Assembly (NCBI RefSeq): GCF_000737315.1
Contig: NZ_JMCB01000013.1
Location: forward strand, 248,001-312,000
Direction of reading: 5' to 3'
Length of the DNA stretch: 64,000 bases
From: Hyalangium minutum
Lineage (GTDB): Bacteria; Myxococcota; Myxococcia; Myxococcales; Myxococcaceae
The notes below the pieces were generated by a model. That model was not told the DNA's origin, did not search any database, and worked only from the letters and a program-made list of their open reading frames with translations. Shown one piece after another: positions 40,776-50,187 of the stretch (the stretch's first letter is position 1; the number at the start of each line of letters is the position of its first letter). The position numbers were made by a program, and so were the translations under genes.

Positions 40776-41789
40776 CTACGGGGTGAGGCCTGCGGTCGGC
40801 GTCTCGTTGACGAGCCGGATGCCCAGGGTCTGTGAGGACAGGTTGGTGCCGCAGAAGAGCTCCACACGGGTGTCGTAGCAGGGGATGCCCGCGTGCGAGC
40901 GGTTCAGCGGGTAGAAGCACCGCGCGCCGTTCTCGTCCCAGGCCGCCTCGAAGATCCAGTTCTCGGTGTCCTGCTGAAGCCCCAGAGGATCATACAGGTT
41001 CACCCGGTTGCCGTTCTGCGTGTAGGTCGAGCCGTCGCCGCAGTAGTCCGCGCGGAGCAGCCGCGTGCACGCCTGGTGGTACGGGGCCAGCGACTCCCCG
41101 TTGTGCGTCACCCAGGGGCGGTAGCCCAAGTTGATGCACTTCACGATCGCGCCTCCGCCACACGCGAAGGTGAAGCGGGTGGGTTCGTCGAAGTGGGCGC
41201 CGCCCGTGGGCACACCGCTGCGGTAGTCGTAGACGCCCTTCACCGGGTACGCCCAGACTGCGGTGCCGGTGTAGTCGCGGCAGATGGGGTGCCAGTTCCC
41301 CCCATCATCCCGGTACTCGACCCAGTACTCGGTCAGGTCTTGGTTGGGCTCCGCGGCCTGCCGCATGGCAGCGATGCGCAGCGTCGCCCGGCGGCCGTCT
41401 CCCAGGTGCCCGAAGAACCGGGCCCCCCAGAAGTCGTAGCCCGAGTAGATGGCCGGGCCCCTCTTCGCCTTGAACTGAGTCCCCTCGATGCGCAGCCAAT
41501 CGAGGTCCGATCTCCCGTCCACGCTCGCGAAATCGTAGTCCACGTGGACCAGGAACCCGGAGAGATCATTCCCGTTGAGGCTGCCACCGTTGAGGCTGCC
41601 ACCGTTGAGGCTGCCGCCGTTGAGGCTGCCACCGTTGAGGCTGCCGCCGTTCTCGATGCGCATCGCGGCGCGCGCGGTCTGCAGGTCCACCGAGGAGGGG
41701 AGAAATCCGGCCTCCTCGGCATCGTCTTCGTTCACCGGTGAACACGCGCTGAGTGCAAGGCAGGCCAGCGTCGCGACAAGCCGATTCAT
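40776..41789 (-). CDS. ADYC-domain lipoprotein with NGGSL pentapeptide repeats
   Basis: ATG at 41789; lipobox LALSAC; CTRLLRADYCGDG; FEAAWDENGARC. Confidence 0.85.
   Translation of the reverse strand: MNRLVATLACLALSACSPVNEDDAEEAGFLPSSVDLQTARAAMRIENGGSLNGGSLNGGSLNGGSLNGGSLNGNDLSGFLVHVDYDFASVDGRSDLDWLRIEGTQFKAKRGPAIYSGYDFWGARFFGHLGDGRRATLRIAAMRQAAEPNQDLTEYWVEYRDDGGNWHPICRDYTGTAVWAYPVKGVYDYRSGVPTGGAHFDEPTRFTFACGGGAIVKCINLGYRPWVTHNGESLAPYHQACTRLLRADYCGDGSTYTQNGNRVNLYDPLGLQQDTENWIFEAAWDENGARCFYPLNRSHAGIPCYDTRVELFCGTNLSSQTLGIRLVNETPTAGLTP
41572..41651. repeat. 15-bp tandem repeat, five copies (encodes NGGSL x5)
   Basis: ccgttgaggctgcc[a/g] repeated five times with no spacers. Confidence 0.95.
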
Positions 41790-41859
41790 GGGGGTAGGGC
41801 TCCTGGGGAACATCTGAAATGGGGAGCCCAAACTGTTCACGAGCGAGCGTGCGCGCAAG

Positions 41860-41902
41860 CCCTGGGGTCCCGCCTCGTGTTCGCGGGCGGAAAGCTCCAG
41901 GG
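41860..41902 (-). terminator. Possible stem-loop downstream of mlpA
   Basis: CCCTGG..CCCGC-loop-GCGGG..CCAGGG nested inverted repeat; no clear U-tract. Confidence 0.3.
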
Positions 41903-41920
41903 CCTCGAGGCTGCGGCGAC

Positions 41921-42616
41921 CTACGGCTGGAGAATGAGCGACGGCGGATCACCCCTGAGCACACACAGGTTGGTGCTCTCGTCGCACGTGGTGGGGAAGG
42001 CCGGATCAATGGAGAGGCCCGCCCGGGGCTGCTGGCAGATGGCCGGGTCACGCTCGATCTGGCCGTTCACGGTGCGCTCGCACTTGAGCGCGGGGAACAT
42101 GCCCACCGCCACGTACTGGGCGGTGCAGTCGTTCTCCGTGTACGTCAGGTCGGCGATCCACTGCGTGCCGGGGATGGCGGCGGAGCCCTGCACGCGCACG
42201 TTGCTGAACTCGTAGCGGATGTCTGTCGTCGTCCCGTCCGTCTGCGGCACGCGCTGGCGGGCCTCGGACATGCTGGGCACCACGCAGAGCTCCTTCTCGC
42301 TCGGGTACTCGGTGGTGAAGTCTCCGGCCGCGTTGATGGGGTTGGCCGTGTCCTTGCCCTCGTTGGCAGCCAAGGGACCCGGCCGGAAGTCCAGCGTGGG
42401 AGGCAGGCCCGAGCCCGGCGTGCGGAAGATCTGCGCGCCGATCTTCTCGGCCCGCTTGGTGGCGCAGGCGCCGGTGCCCCGGACGAGCGTGTAGCGCACG
42501 GCGTGCTCGCCGCGTCCAATGGTGCACTGGGGCAGGGGCTGCTCGGCGTTGCAGGCGCCGAGCAGCGTCATGCACCCCAGGGAGAGGATCCAGCGGAAGG
42601 CGGATGAGTTCGTCAT
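41921..42616 (-). CDS. mlpA: MlpA-like lipoprotein
   Basis: Lipobox LLGAC; IRYEFSNVRV...PGTQW.ADLTYTENDCT resembles MlpA; directly downstream of the oar-like gene. Confidence 0.75.
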   Translation of the reverse strand: MTNSSAFRWILSLGCMTLLGACNAEQPLPQCTIGRGEHAVRYTLVRGTGACATKRAEKIGAQIFRTPGSGLPPTLDFRPGPLAANEGKDTANPINAAGDFTTEYPSEKELCVVPSMSEARQRVPQTDGTTTDIRYEFSNVRVQGSAAIPGTQWIADLTYTENDCTAQYVAVGMFPALKCERTVNGQIERDPAICQQPRAGLSIDPAFPTTCDESTNLCVLRGDPPSLILQP

Positions 42617-42634
42617 GGTGAGGAGAGCTCCGCT

Positions 42635-45600
42635 TTAGAAGGAGAGGCGCGCGCCGAAGCGGATGCTGCGGGGCGACTGGTAGGCGGTGGGCTTGCCGAA
42701 GTTGGGGTTGACGACGACAGTGCGATCGGTGCCGCGGGCCTTCAGGTTCGCCAGGTCCGTCGTGGTGCCGCCGATGATGGCGTCCACCGTCTCCGAGGTG
42801 TAGCGCTGGTCCACGGCGGTGGCGGCCTGGAAGTTGAACAGGTTGAAGACGTCCATGCTGACGCTGGCCACCATGTCCCCGCTCAGCCGGTAGTTGGCGG
42901 ACAGGCGCGTGTCGATGTTGTGCACGAAGGGCAGCCGGCCGCCCGAACCGCGCGGGAGGATGAAGGTGAACTCCGGGCCGTAGATGTAGTGAGCGCCGGT
43001 GACGTTGATGGGCGCGCCCGAGGTGCCCCGGTAGGACAGACCCAGGTTGAGGCCAATCTTCGCGGTGAGGGGGAACTCCTTGGCGCCGTAGAGCTTCACC
43101 GAGTGCGTGTGGTCCAAGAGCAGCAGGCCCATCTTGTTCTCCGTGAGGGAGATCAAGTCAAAGTCCGAGGTGACGTTGGGGGCCAGCTGGAGGTTCTCCG
43201 GGCGGAAGAGGCCGGAGTAGTTCCCGTAGAGGCGGGACCAGGTGTAGCTGGCCTGCACCAGCCACAGGTCCGAGAAGGCCTTGTTGAAGGCCAGCGTCAC
43301 CGCGTCGTAGTTGCGCACCGGCTTGGGGAACTCGGAGGCGATGCCTCGGCCCGGGTTTCCGATGAAGTAGTTGGTGGCCTCGTTGCGGGACATGTCTTCG
43401 ATGACGGCGTTCATGTCGCGGTGCGTGTAGGACAGGCCCACGGTGGCGCTCGGGAAGATCTCGTAGTCACCGCCCACCACCCACTCGTCCGAGGACTGCG
43501 GCTCCAGATCCGGATCCACCGGGCTGTTGATGGCGAAGGTCTGCGCGTACTTCTTGCTGAGGATCTCCGGGCTGCCCGAGGGGATGACGTTCTTGTCATC
43601 GCGGCACTCGGTGTAGGGCGCCGCCTGGGTGAGCGGATCGCACCCGGGCGCGTCACCCTGGGCCGCGCGGCGGCGGTTGGCCTGGATGCGGGTGATGTTG
43701 GAGAACTGCGAGTTCACCATGGCCAGCACCGCGTTCTGGTAGTAGCGCGCGAAGCTGGCGTACAGCTTGGAGCGGCCCTGCTGGGTGAAGTCGTAGATGA
43801 GGCCCACGCGCGGGGAGAGCTGGTTGGGCAGCTCGAAGGCCACGTCGCCGCCGGTCCCGTACACCGTCTGCGTGTCGTAGCGGACGCCCGCGTTGAGCGT
43901 CACCTTGTCCATCACGCTCCACGAGTCCTGCAGGAAGCCGCCGAGCGCCAGGGCGCGGGTGGCGGGGTTCACCGAGTCCTGGATCCTCACGTCGTCCGGG
44001 CCGACGAGGTAGCCGAACGCGCGGAAGTCCTGGAACGTCTGGCCGTTCACGTTCTCGCGGTAGAGGACCTGGCCCGAGTAGCCGCGCACGTCCTCGTTCG
44101 TCATGATCTCGCCGTCGAAGCCGGCCTTGACGACGTGGTGGCCGCCCGCGGTGAAGAGCAGGGTGCCCACGAGGTTGGCCTGGTACCGCTCCACGGTGCG
44201 GTCCTGGAGGAAGCCAGGGCCGCCGAACAGGTACGTGGTGACGGGGCAGCGCACGGCGTTGACGGTGCCCGCCGGGTCGCACACGGAGGGATCCGGCAGC
44301 TGCTCGAAGTCATTGATGGAGTAGAAGGCGGGCAGGCTGCGGCTCGGGTTGGCGGGATCCGGGCGGCTGGAGCGCTGCATCTCGAACTGGGGCAGGAGCG
44401 ACAGGCCCTGGCCGCTGCCAATGCCCGTGCCGTCCGAGGGCAGGACGGAGTCGAACTGGTGGTGCCAGCCCACGGTGGCGTCCAGGAGGATCTTCTTCTC
44501 CATGAAGGAGGAGGCCAGCTTCAGGGAGATGTCGCGCGAGTCCTGCTTGTAGCGGTGCGCGTACGCGGCGTAGTTGCCAGCGAGGTTTTCCACCTCCACG
44601 GCGTTGTCATCCACGCGGTAGCCGAAGCGGCCGTCGCCGCCAGAACTGCTGGGCGCGCCGTAGATGGACAGCGTGAGGGTGTGGTCCGCGGCGGCCTGCC
44701 ACGTGAGCTTGCCGATGTACTGCACGCTGCGCTGGTCGGCGAAGTAGTTCGTCGTGGTGCCGAGGATGGGCTCGGTGCGGGAGAAGCCGTTCTCGTCGCG
44801 GATGCGGTTGCCTTCCGCGTCGAGCACAAAGGTGTTCAGGTTGCGCTCCAGCTGGCGGCGGGTGAAGGAGGGCGCCACGCCCACGTAGAACCAGAGCTTG
44901 TCAGGGATGATGGGGCCGCCCAGGTCTCCGCCGAAGTCACCCAGGTTCCACAGCTTCTGTTTGGTGGTCACGACGTTGCCCTCGCGCAGCACGGGCTCGG
45001 GAGAGCCCTCGAAGGCGCCGGGGGTGAGGTTGCTGAAGAACGAGCCTTGGAACTTGTTGGAGCCGGACTTGGTGACGGCGGTGACGACGCCGCCGGTGGA
45101 GCGGCCGAACTCGGGCATGAAGCCACCGGTGATGACGTTCACCTCCTGGATGAACTCCACGGAGATGGGCGAGCCGAGCACGCCCGTGGCCGGGTTGCCG
45201 GTGGACAGGCCGTCCACGAGGAAGCCGTTCTCCGGCGACGTGGTGCCGTTGAGGGAGATGCCGTACGCATCCGAGTTGGCGCCCGGGGCCAGCTCAGCCA
45301 GGCTCTCGAAGGAGCGCGCCGCGCTGCCCTTGGTGCCGGGGCGCACCACGGCGATGTTGCGCACCAGGTCTGTGTCCACGCTGATGCCGGTGCGGGTGGA
45401 GCCCACGTCGATGGCGGGCGGGGTGCCAGAGATCTCCAGGGTGGTCTCGAACTCATCCGGCAGGAGCTGGGCGTTGAGGCGGATGGTGCGGTTGAGACGC
45501 AGGGTGATCTCGGGGCGCTTGTAAGGCTGGAAGCCCGTCTTGTCGAAGTACAGCGTGTAGACGCCGGGGGGCAGCTGCGGCAGGCGGTAATTACCGGTGG

Positions 45601-45805
45601 CGTCGGTGACGGTGACCTCTTCGCCCTGGAGGACGTCGGACTTGGCGGTGACGGTCACGTCGGCGAGAGGCTGCTGGTTGCTGGCATCCGCCACGGTGCC
45701 GGTGATCACCGACGAGTTCTGCTGGGCGAGGACGGAAGGTGCCGCTAACGCCGTGCATAGCGCTACGGCCAGTCCGAGCGCCTGACTTCTCTGAAGACGG
45801 TTCAC
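42635..45805 (-). CDS. oar: Oar-like TonB-dependent outer-membrane receptor
   Basis: Signal peptide; N-terminal carboxypeptidase-regulatory-like domain; TGGFMPEFGRSTGG plug; C-terminal RFGARLSF. GTG at 45805. Confidence 0.88.
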   Translation of the reverse strand: MNRLQRSQALGLAVALCTALAAPSVLAQQNSSVITGTVADASNQQPLADVTVTAKSDVLQGEEVTVTDATGNYRLPQLPPGVYTLYFDKTGFQPYKRPEITLRLNRTIRLNAQLLPDEFETTLEISGTPPAIDVGSTRTGISVDTDLVRNIAVVRPGTKGSAARSFESLAELAPGANSDAYGISLNGTTSPENGFLVDGLSTGNPATGVLGSPISVEFIQEVNVITGGFMPEFGRSTGGVVTAVTKSGSNKFQGSFFSNLTPGAFEGSPEPVLREGNVVTTKQKLWNLGDFGGDLGGPIIPDKLWFYVGVAPSFTRRQLERNLNTFVLDAEGNRIRDENGFSRTEPILGTTTNYFADQRSVQYIGKLTWQAAADHTLTLSIYGAPSSSGGDGRFGYRVDDNAVEVENLAGNYAAYAHRYKQDSRDISLKLASSFMEKKILLDATVGWHHQFDSVLPSDGTGIGSGQGLSLLPQFEMQRSSRPDPANPSRSLPAFYSINDFEQLPDPSVCDPAGTVNAVRCPVTTYLFGGPGFLQDRTVERYQANLVGTLLFTAGGHHVVKAGFDGEIMTNEDVRGYSGQVLYRENVNGQTFQDFRAFGYLVGPDDVRIQDSVNPATRALALGGFLQDSWSVMDKVTLNAGVRYDTQTVYGTGGDVAFELPNQLSPRVGLIYDFTQQGRSKLYASFARYYQNAVLAMVNSQFSNITRIQANRRRAAQGDAPGCDPLTQAAPYTECRDDKNVIPSGSPEILSKKYAQTFAINSPVDPDLEPQSSDEWVVGGDYEIFPSATVGLSYTHRDMNAVIEDMSRNEATNYFIGNPGRGIASEFPKPVRNYDAVTLAFNKAFSDLWLVQASYTWSRLYGNYSGLFRPENLQLAPNVTSDFDLISLTENKMGLLLLDHTHSVKLYGAKEFPLTAKIGLNLGLSYRGTSGAPINVTGAHYIYGPEFTFILPRGSGGRLPFVHNIDTRLSANYRLSGDMVASVSMDVFNLFNFQAATAVDQRYTSETVDAIIGGTTTDLANLKARGTDRTVVVNPNFGKPTAYQSPRSIRFGARLSF

Positions 45806-45961
45806 TGGGTGTGCCCCCTCGAAGCGGTGCCCAGCTACGGGGAGCGCGGGCACCAGGGTGGCGCAGCTATACCCTATTTCTCTGAATACTTGTGAGCAGT
45901 TGAATAAATGGGCGCTGGACGAGAGGGGGTCAGCCTTGCCCCATCCACTCCATTCACAGCT

Positions 45962-46687
45962 CTAAGGACCGCCGAAGAAGGAGACCTCGAGGAAATGGAC
46001 GAAGAGGTTGCAGGCGGCGTGGAAGAGGGCGGCGCCGACGATGGTGCCGGTGCGCTCGCGCATCCAGCCGAAGAGCAGGGCGGGGAAGAAGACGGAGAGG
46101 CGCCAGGCCTGGAAGATGGCGAGATGGCCCAGGGCGAAGAGGACGGGGGTGATCCAGAAGGCGGGCCCCAGCCGGACGCCGAGCACCTTGCGGCCCTGCG
46201 GCCAGGCGTCGCGCAGGCGGGTCTGCATGTATCCCCGGTAGAAGAACTCCTCGGGGAGCGCGACGACGAAGAGCTGATCGATGACCCACTCGCCGAAGCG
46301 CGGGGGCAGCCGAGGGGAGAAGTGGCCGGGGCCGTTGTGGGGCGTGAGGAACCGTGCCAGCTCGGGAGGCAGTTGAGGCACGAGCTCCACCCAGAAATAG
46401 AAGGCGCCGAAGAAGAGCGGCCCGACGATGAGGCTCAGGAGGAGGAAGAGCTTGAGGTCCTGTCGCCAGGCGCGGAGCGAGAGGCCATAGTCGGCGAAGT
46501 CTTCGTCCCGCCACCGCATGGGGATGAGGGGCAGGTAGAGGAAGCCCACGGTGGCCACGAGCTTGGGGATGCTGGTGCCGCCGAAGAGCAGGAACGAGAC
46601 GATGATGCCGAAGAAGCCGATGGCCCAGAGGATCACCACCTCCTGCACGGCTGCGGGGCGCCAGGGCTGAGCGGTGGAGGTGCTCAT
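45962..46687 (-). CDS. mrtX: Myxosortase-type CPBP intramembrane glutamic protease (MXAN_2755-like)
   Basis: PEEFFYRG, FALGH, HAACN motifs; ATGA-coupled to a trypsin-like gene, as I recall for MXAN_2755/2756. Confidence 0.78.
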   Translation of the reverse strand: MSTSTAQPWRPAAVQEVVILWAIGFFGIIVSFLLFGGTSIPKLVATVGFLYLPLIPMRWRDEDFADYGLSLRAWRQDLKLFLLLSLIVGPLFFGAFYFWVELVPQLPPELARFLTPHNGPGHFSPRLPPRFGEWVIDQLFVVALPEEFFYRGYMQTRLRDAWPQGRKVLGVRLGPAFWITPVLFALGHLAIFQAWRLSVFFPALLFGWMRERTGTIVGAALFHAACNLFVHFLEVSFFGGP

Positions 46688-47286
46688 GGGGTTCCCGCCG
46701 AAGCGGAGGCGAGCTGGAGCTTCACGGCGGACAGGGGCAAGGCGCGGCACCCGCCGGTGCGGCGCTGGACGACGACGGCGACGAGCCGGCCCTGGGTATC
46801 GAAGAGCGGAGTGCCTGGGGCGAAGGGGATGCCCACGTCCACGAAAGGCTCCTGCTTTGAGCGCTGAGCCACGGCGGTGAAGGGCTGAGAGGGGGCCTTC
46901 TTGCCCTTGCCGCGGATGACGCCGATGAGCCACTGGCCTTCGAGACCGTCGGCACTGACCTTCACGGGCACGGAGGGGTAGGTGCCGCTGGGGGCGGCAA
47001 CGACGGCGACCTTGAGGGCCGCGTTGGCGAGCACCACCGAGGCGGCGAGCCGCTGGCCCGCGAACTCCACCTCGGTGGACTCCAGGCTCACGTGGTCGAC
47101 GGCGGTGAGCACCTGCCCCTCGCTGCCGACGAAGACGCCGGGGCCGGCCTTGCGAGAAGCGAGGACGCGCACGACCGAGCGCTCATGCAGCTCAACCGCC
47201 TTCTGCAGGTCCGCGCGCGTGGGGCGCTCGGCGGCAGCAGTAGCGGGAGGGAGGACAAGGAAGAGGAAGAGAAGGAGGCGAACCAT
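46684..47286 (-). CDS. Trypsin-like (MXAN_2756-family) protein, probably catalytically inactive
   Basis: Signal peptide; SVVRV..GPGVFVG..GQVLT..H; PGTPLFD.QGRLVAV replaces the GxSGGP nucleophile motif. Confidence 0.75.
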   Translation of the reverse strand: MVRLLLFLFLVLPPATAAAERPTRADLQKAVELHERSVVRVLASRKAGPGVFVGSEGQVLTAVDHVSLESTEVEFAGQRLAASVVLANAALKVAVVAAPSGTYPSVPVKVSADGLEGQWLIGVIRGKGKKAPSQPFTAVAQRSKQEPFVDVGIPFAPGTPLFDTQGRLVAVVVQRRTGGCRALPLSAVKLQLASASAGTP

Positions 47287-47395
47287 CACGACGGCAGAGA
47301 GGCTAGCACCGCTCCAGGGAGTGTGCGGCTCTTTGGACGCCCGAGAGCGCATGTTACGCTGGATGGGCCAAGCAGGCCCTGCCGGTTGAGGCACC

Positions 47396-47971
47396 ATGCG
47401 TCCTTGTCTCCATCGCGTCAGGCGCGTGACTCAGGCTGTGTGGAGCCTTGCCCTAGGACTGGCGGTGCTTCTCGGGAGCGCTTGCGCTGCTCCACGGAAA
47501 GACACACCCAACGCGGCAATAGGCCGTGTCCGCCTGGAGTTTCAAGAAGTGCATTACGACGGGGAGAAGCTGTCTGGGCGTCTCCTGATCGGTGTCGAGG
47601 AAGGCCAGCTGCGGTTGAACAGGCAGCTCATTCCAGACCTCCAAGTCGAAGTGAGAGCACCTGTAGATTGCCAGAGTGGATTGCCGGTTCGCTTTATGAC
47701 TTGGGATGGATTCTCCGCACACCGAAAAGAGGATCTCCTGATCCTTGAGCAGGGTTATTGGTTCGGCAAAGAGGTTGATTTTTCGTTGTTCGATGAGCAT
47801 TTGACTGGCCCCGGGCCAGAATGCCTCAAGGCAGAAGTCTGGCTTTTCTCATTCGACGGGGTTGTTGCCGCGCGTCAGGAGATCCGTGCAGAGAAGAACT
47901 CGCGGCAGCCCATGGACGCAGGTGTGCCCGATGAGTTTCCTGACGCTGGCACAAAAGTCGTGGGCTTTTAG
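47396..47971 (+). CDS. Hypothetical lipoprotein
   Basis: Lipobox-like LLGSAC; many A/T-ending codons; stop overlaps the polX stop. Confidence 0.65.
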   Translation: MRPCLHRVRRVTQAVWSLALGLAVLLGSACAAPRKDTPNAAIGRVRLEFQEVHYDGEKLSGRLLIGVEEGQLRLNRQLIPDLQVEVRAPVDCQSGLPVRFMTWDGFSAHRKEDLLILEQGYWFGKEVDFSLFDEHLTGPGPECLKAEVWLFSFDGVVAARQEIRAEKNSRQPMDAGVPDEFPDAGTKVVGF

Positions 47972-49716
47972 CGCGCCCGCTGGGCCTTGAGGGCGCGGAT
48001 GAACTGGTCCGCGGGCTGCGTGTTCAGGACATCGCCCTTGCGCGCCCAGCCCTTGCGTGCCGTGGCCACCGCGAAGATGAGGTGGGGCAGGTCCTCGATC
48101 TTGTGCGCATCGGCGCTCACCACGAGCTTCACCCCTCGCTGGACGGCCATGCGGACGTGCTCGGCCTTCAGGTCCAATCGCGCGGGTTTACCGTTCACCT
48201 CCATCACCACGCCGCGCTCAGCGGCCCGGTCCAGCACCGCCTCCATGCGCAGCGGGTAGGGATCACGCTCGTGGATGAGGCGCCCCGTGGGGTGTCCGAT
48301 GATGTTCAGGCACGGGTTGTCCATCGCGTTGAGCAGCCGCTGCGTCATCTGCTCTTCGTTCAAACTGTGCCGCACGTGGATGGAGCCAATCACCACCTCG
48401 AGCTGCTCCAGCACACTGTCGCGGTAGTCGAGCGCCCCCGTCTCCAGGATGTCCACCTCGATGCCCTTGAGCAGCCGGAAGCCCGGGACGGCTTCGTTCA
48501 CCCGGTCGATCTCCTCCCACTGGCGCTTGAGATCGTCCTCTTTGAGCCCACCCGCGTAGATGGCCGCCTGGCTGTGCTCGGTGACCGTGAGGTACTGGAG
48601 CCCCAGCGCCTTCGCGGCTCGCGCCATCTGCTCCAGCGAGTGCTTCCCGTCCGACCAGGTGCTGTGCGAGTGCACCGCCCCTCGCACGTCCTCCAGCTCG
48701 ATGAGGTCCTCGGGCAGCTTCCCCGCCAGCGCGGCCTCGATCTCGCCCGTGTCCTCGCGCAGCTCGGGCGGGACGTACTGCATCCCCAGCAGCTTGTAGA
48801 TGTCCGCCTCGTCCCGGATGGGCACCTTGGTGCCGTCGGAGCGGTGCACGCCCCACTCGGAGATCTTGAACCCCTGGTCCTGGCCGATCCCTCGCAGGCG
48901 CACGTGGTGGGCCTTGGAGCCCGTGAAGTGGTGCAGCGCCGTAGCGAAATCCTCGTCCGGTAGCACTCGCAGGTCTACCTGGAGGTCCCCCTCCACCATG
49001 CGCACGGAGCACTTGCTCTCGCCCTTGCCAATCAGCACGGCCACCCCGGGCGCGTTGGCCAGGGCCTCGAGCGCCGGGCTCGCCTCCGGGGCGGAGGCCA
49101 GCAGGTCCACGTCTCCCACCGTCTCGGCACGGCGCCGCACGCTGCCGGCCGGGCTGACGCGCACCACCCCAGGCACGGCCTTGAGCCGCTCCAGCAGCCC
49201 CTCCACTGTGGGGAGTACGTCTCCCAGCAGCTTGCGCTTGCCCTGGGCGCGCTGGTGCAGGGCGATGCCCTCCAGGATCTTCGCCTCGCTCTTGGCTCCG
49301 AACCCCTTGATCCCCCGGACGCGGCCGTCGCGGCAGGCCTGCTCCAGCTCGGCCACGGAGCCCACGCCCAGCTCTTTCCAGAGGGCCATGGCCTTCTTGG
49401 GGCCCATGTCCGGCAGCTGGAGGATTTCGAGCAGCCCCGAGGGGAAGGCGGCCTTGAGCTCCTCGTGGAAGCCGAGCTTGCCCGTGGTCACCAGCTCGCT
49501 GATCTTCTCGGCGAGCCCCTGGCCGATCCCTGGCAGCTCTTGCAGGCGGCCTTCCCGTACCAGGGCGCCCAGGTCCTGGGTCAGCCCGAGCAGGCGGTCG
49601 GCGGCGGTGTCATAGGCCCGTACCTTGAAGGCGTTCTCGCCCTTGAGCTGGAGCAAGAGGGAGATCTCCCGGAGGACCTTGGCGACGGCGTTCTTGTCGA
49701 GCGGGGACGGGTTCAC
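47968..49716 (-). CDS. polX: DNA polymerase X with PHP 3'-5' exonuclease domain
   Basis: ENAFKVRAY, GSVRRRAETVGDVDLL, HFTGSKAH, HSHSTWSDG, SADAH; GTG at 49716. Confidence 0.95.
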   Translation of the reverse strand: MNPSPLDKNAVAKVLREISLLLQLKGENAFKVRAYDTAADRLLGLTQDLGALVREGRLQELPGIGQGLAEKISELVTTGKLGFHEELKAAFPSGLLEILQLPDMGPKKAMALWKELGVGSVAELEQACRDGRVRGIKGFGAKSEAKILEGIALHQRAQGKRKLLGDVLPTVEGLLERLKAVPGVVRVSPAGSVRRRAETVGDVDLLASAPEASPALEALANAPGVAVLIGKGESKCSVRMVEGDLQVDLRVLPDEDFATALHHFTGSKAHHVRLRGIGQDQGFKISEWGVHRSDGTKVPIRDEADIYKLLGMQYVPPELREDTGEIEAALAGKLPEDLIELEDVRGAVHSHSTWSDGKHSLEQMARAAKALGLQYLTVTEHSQAAIYAGGLKEDDLKRQWEEIDRVNEAVPGFRLLKGIEVDILETGALDYRDSVLEQLEVVIGSIHVRHSLNEEQMTQRLLNAMDNPCLNIIGHPTGRLIHERDPYPLRMEAVLDRAAERGVVMEVNGKPARLDLKAEHVRMAVQRGVKLVVSADAHKIEDLPHLIFAVATARKGWARKGDVLNTQPADQFIRALKAQRAR

Positions 49717-49846
49717 GTGATTGAACTTAATCCGGGTGAAGCGAGCGCGCAGGCGTGCGTGGATGAGGCTCGCGGAGGCAGGCGGGCCAGGGTAGAAGGG
49801 CGCTCGCTGGGGGGCAACCTGTCGTTTTAGAGGAAGACTCAGGCCG

Positions 49847-50161
49847 ATGAAGATCAAGCTCGGACCGGCGGACTTCGCCGAGAAGGAGATGCGGGGCTAC
49901 GAGGTAGGCAACCGCAACGTGTGCATCGCCAAGATCAATGGGCGCTACAAGGGGCTCGATGACTGGTGCAACCACGCGGGGTGCTTGCTGTCGGGCGGAC
50001 GCATCGAGGACAACCTGGTCATTTGTCCCTGTCACGAGGTCGGCTTCGACCTGGACTCCGGGAAGAACGAGACCTCTCCGGGCATCGCCGACGACCAGAC
50101 GGTGGTGAAGGTGGATGTGGAGAACGGGCAGATCGTCATCGAAGACCCCACGGGGAAGTAA
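49847..50161 (+). CDS. Rieske [2Fe-2S] ferredoxin
   Basis: CNHAG ... CPCH motifs. Confidence 0.92.
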   Translation: MKIKLGPADFAEKEMRGYEVGNRNVCIAKINGRYKGLDDWCNHAGCLLSGGRIEDNLVICPCHEVGFDLDSGKNETSPGIADDQTVVKVDVENGQIVIEDPTGK

Positions 50162-50187
50162 CCGGCAGCGCAGCCGCGAGGACCGCC

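Noticed and set aside
41572-41651. Short regular repeats as a possible CRISPR array
   Set aside because: Head-to-tail 15-mers with no spacers, in frame within a CDS; no cas genes.
45826-45854. GGTGCCC...GGGCACC hairpin in the oar leader as a riboswitch
   Set aside because: A single stem with no recognisable cobalamin or other aptamer consensus; insufficient evidence.
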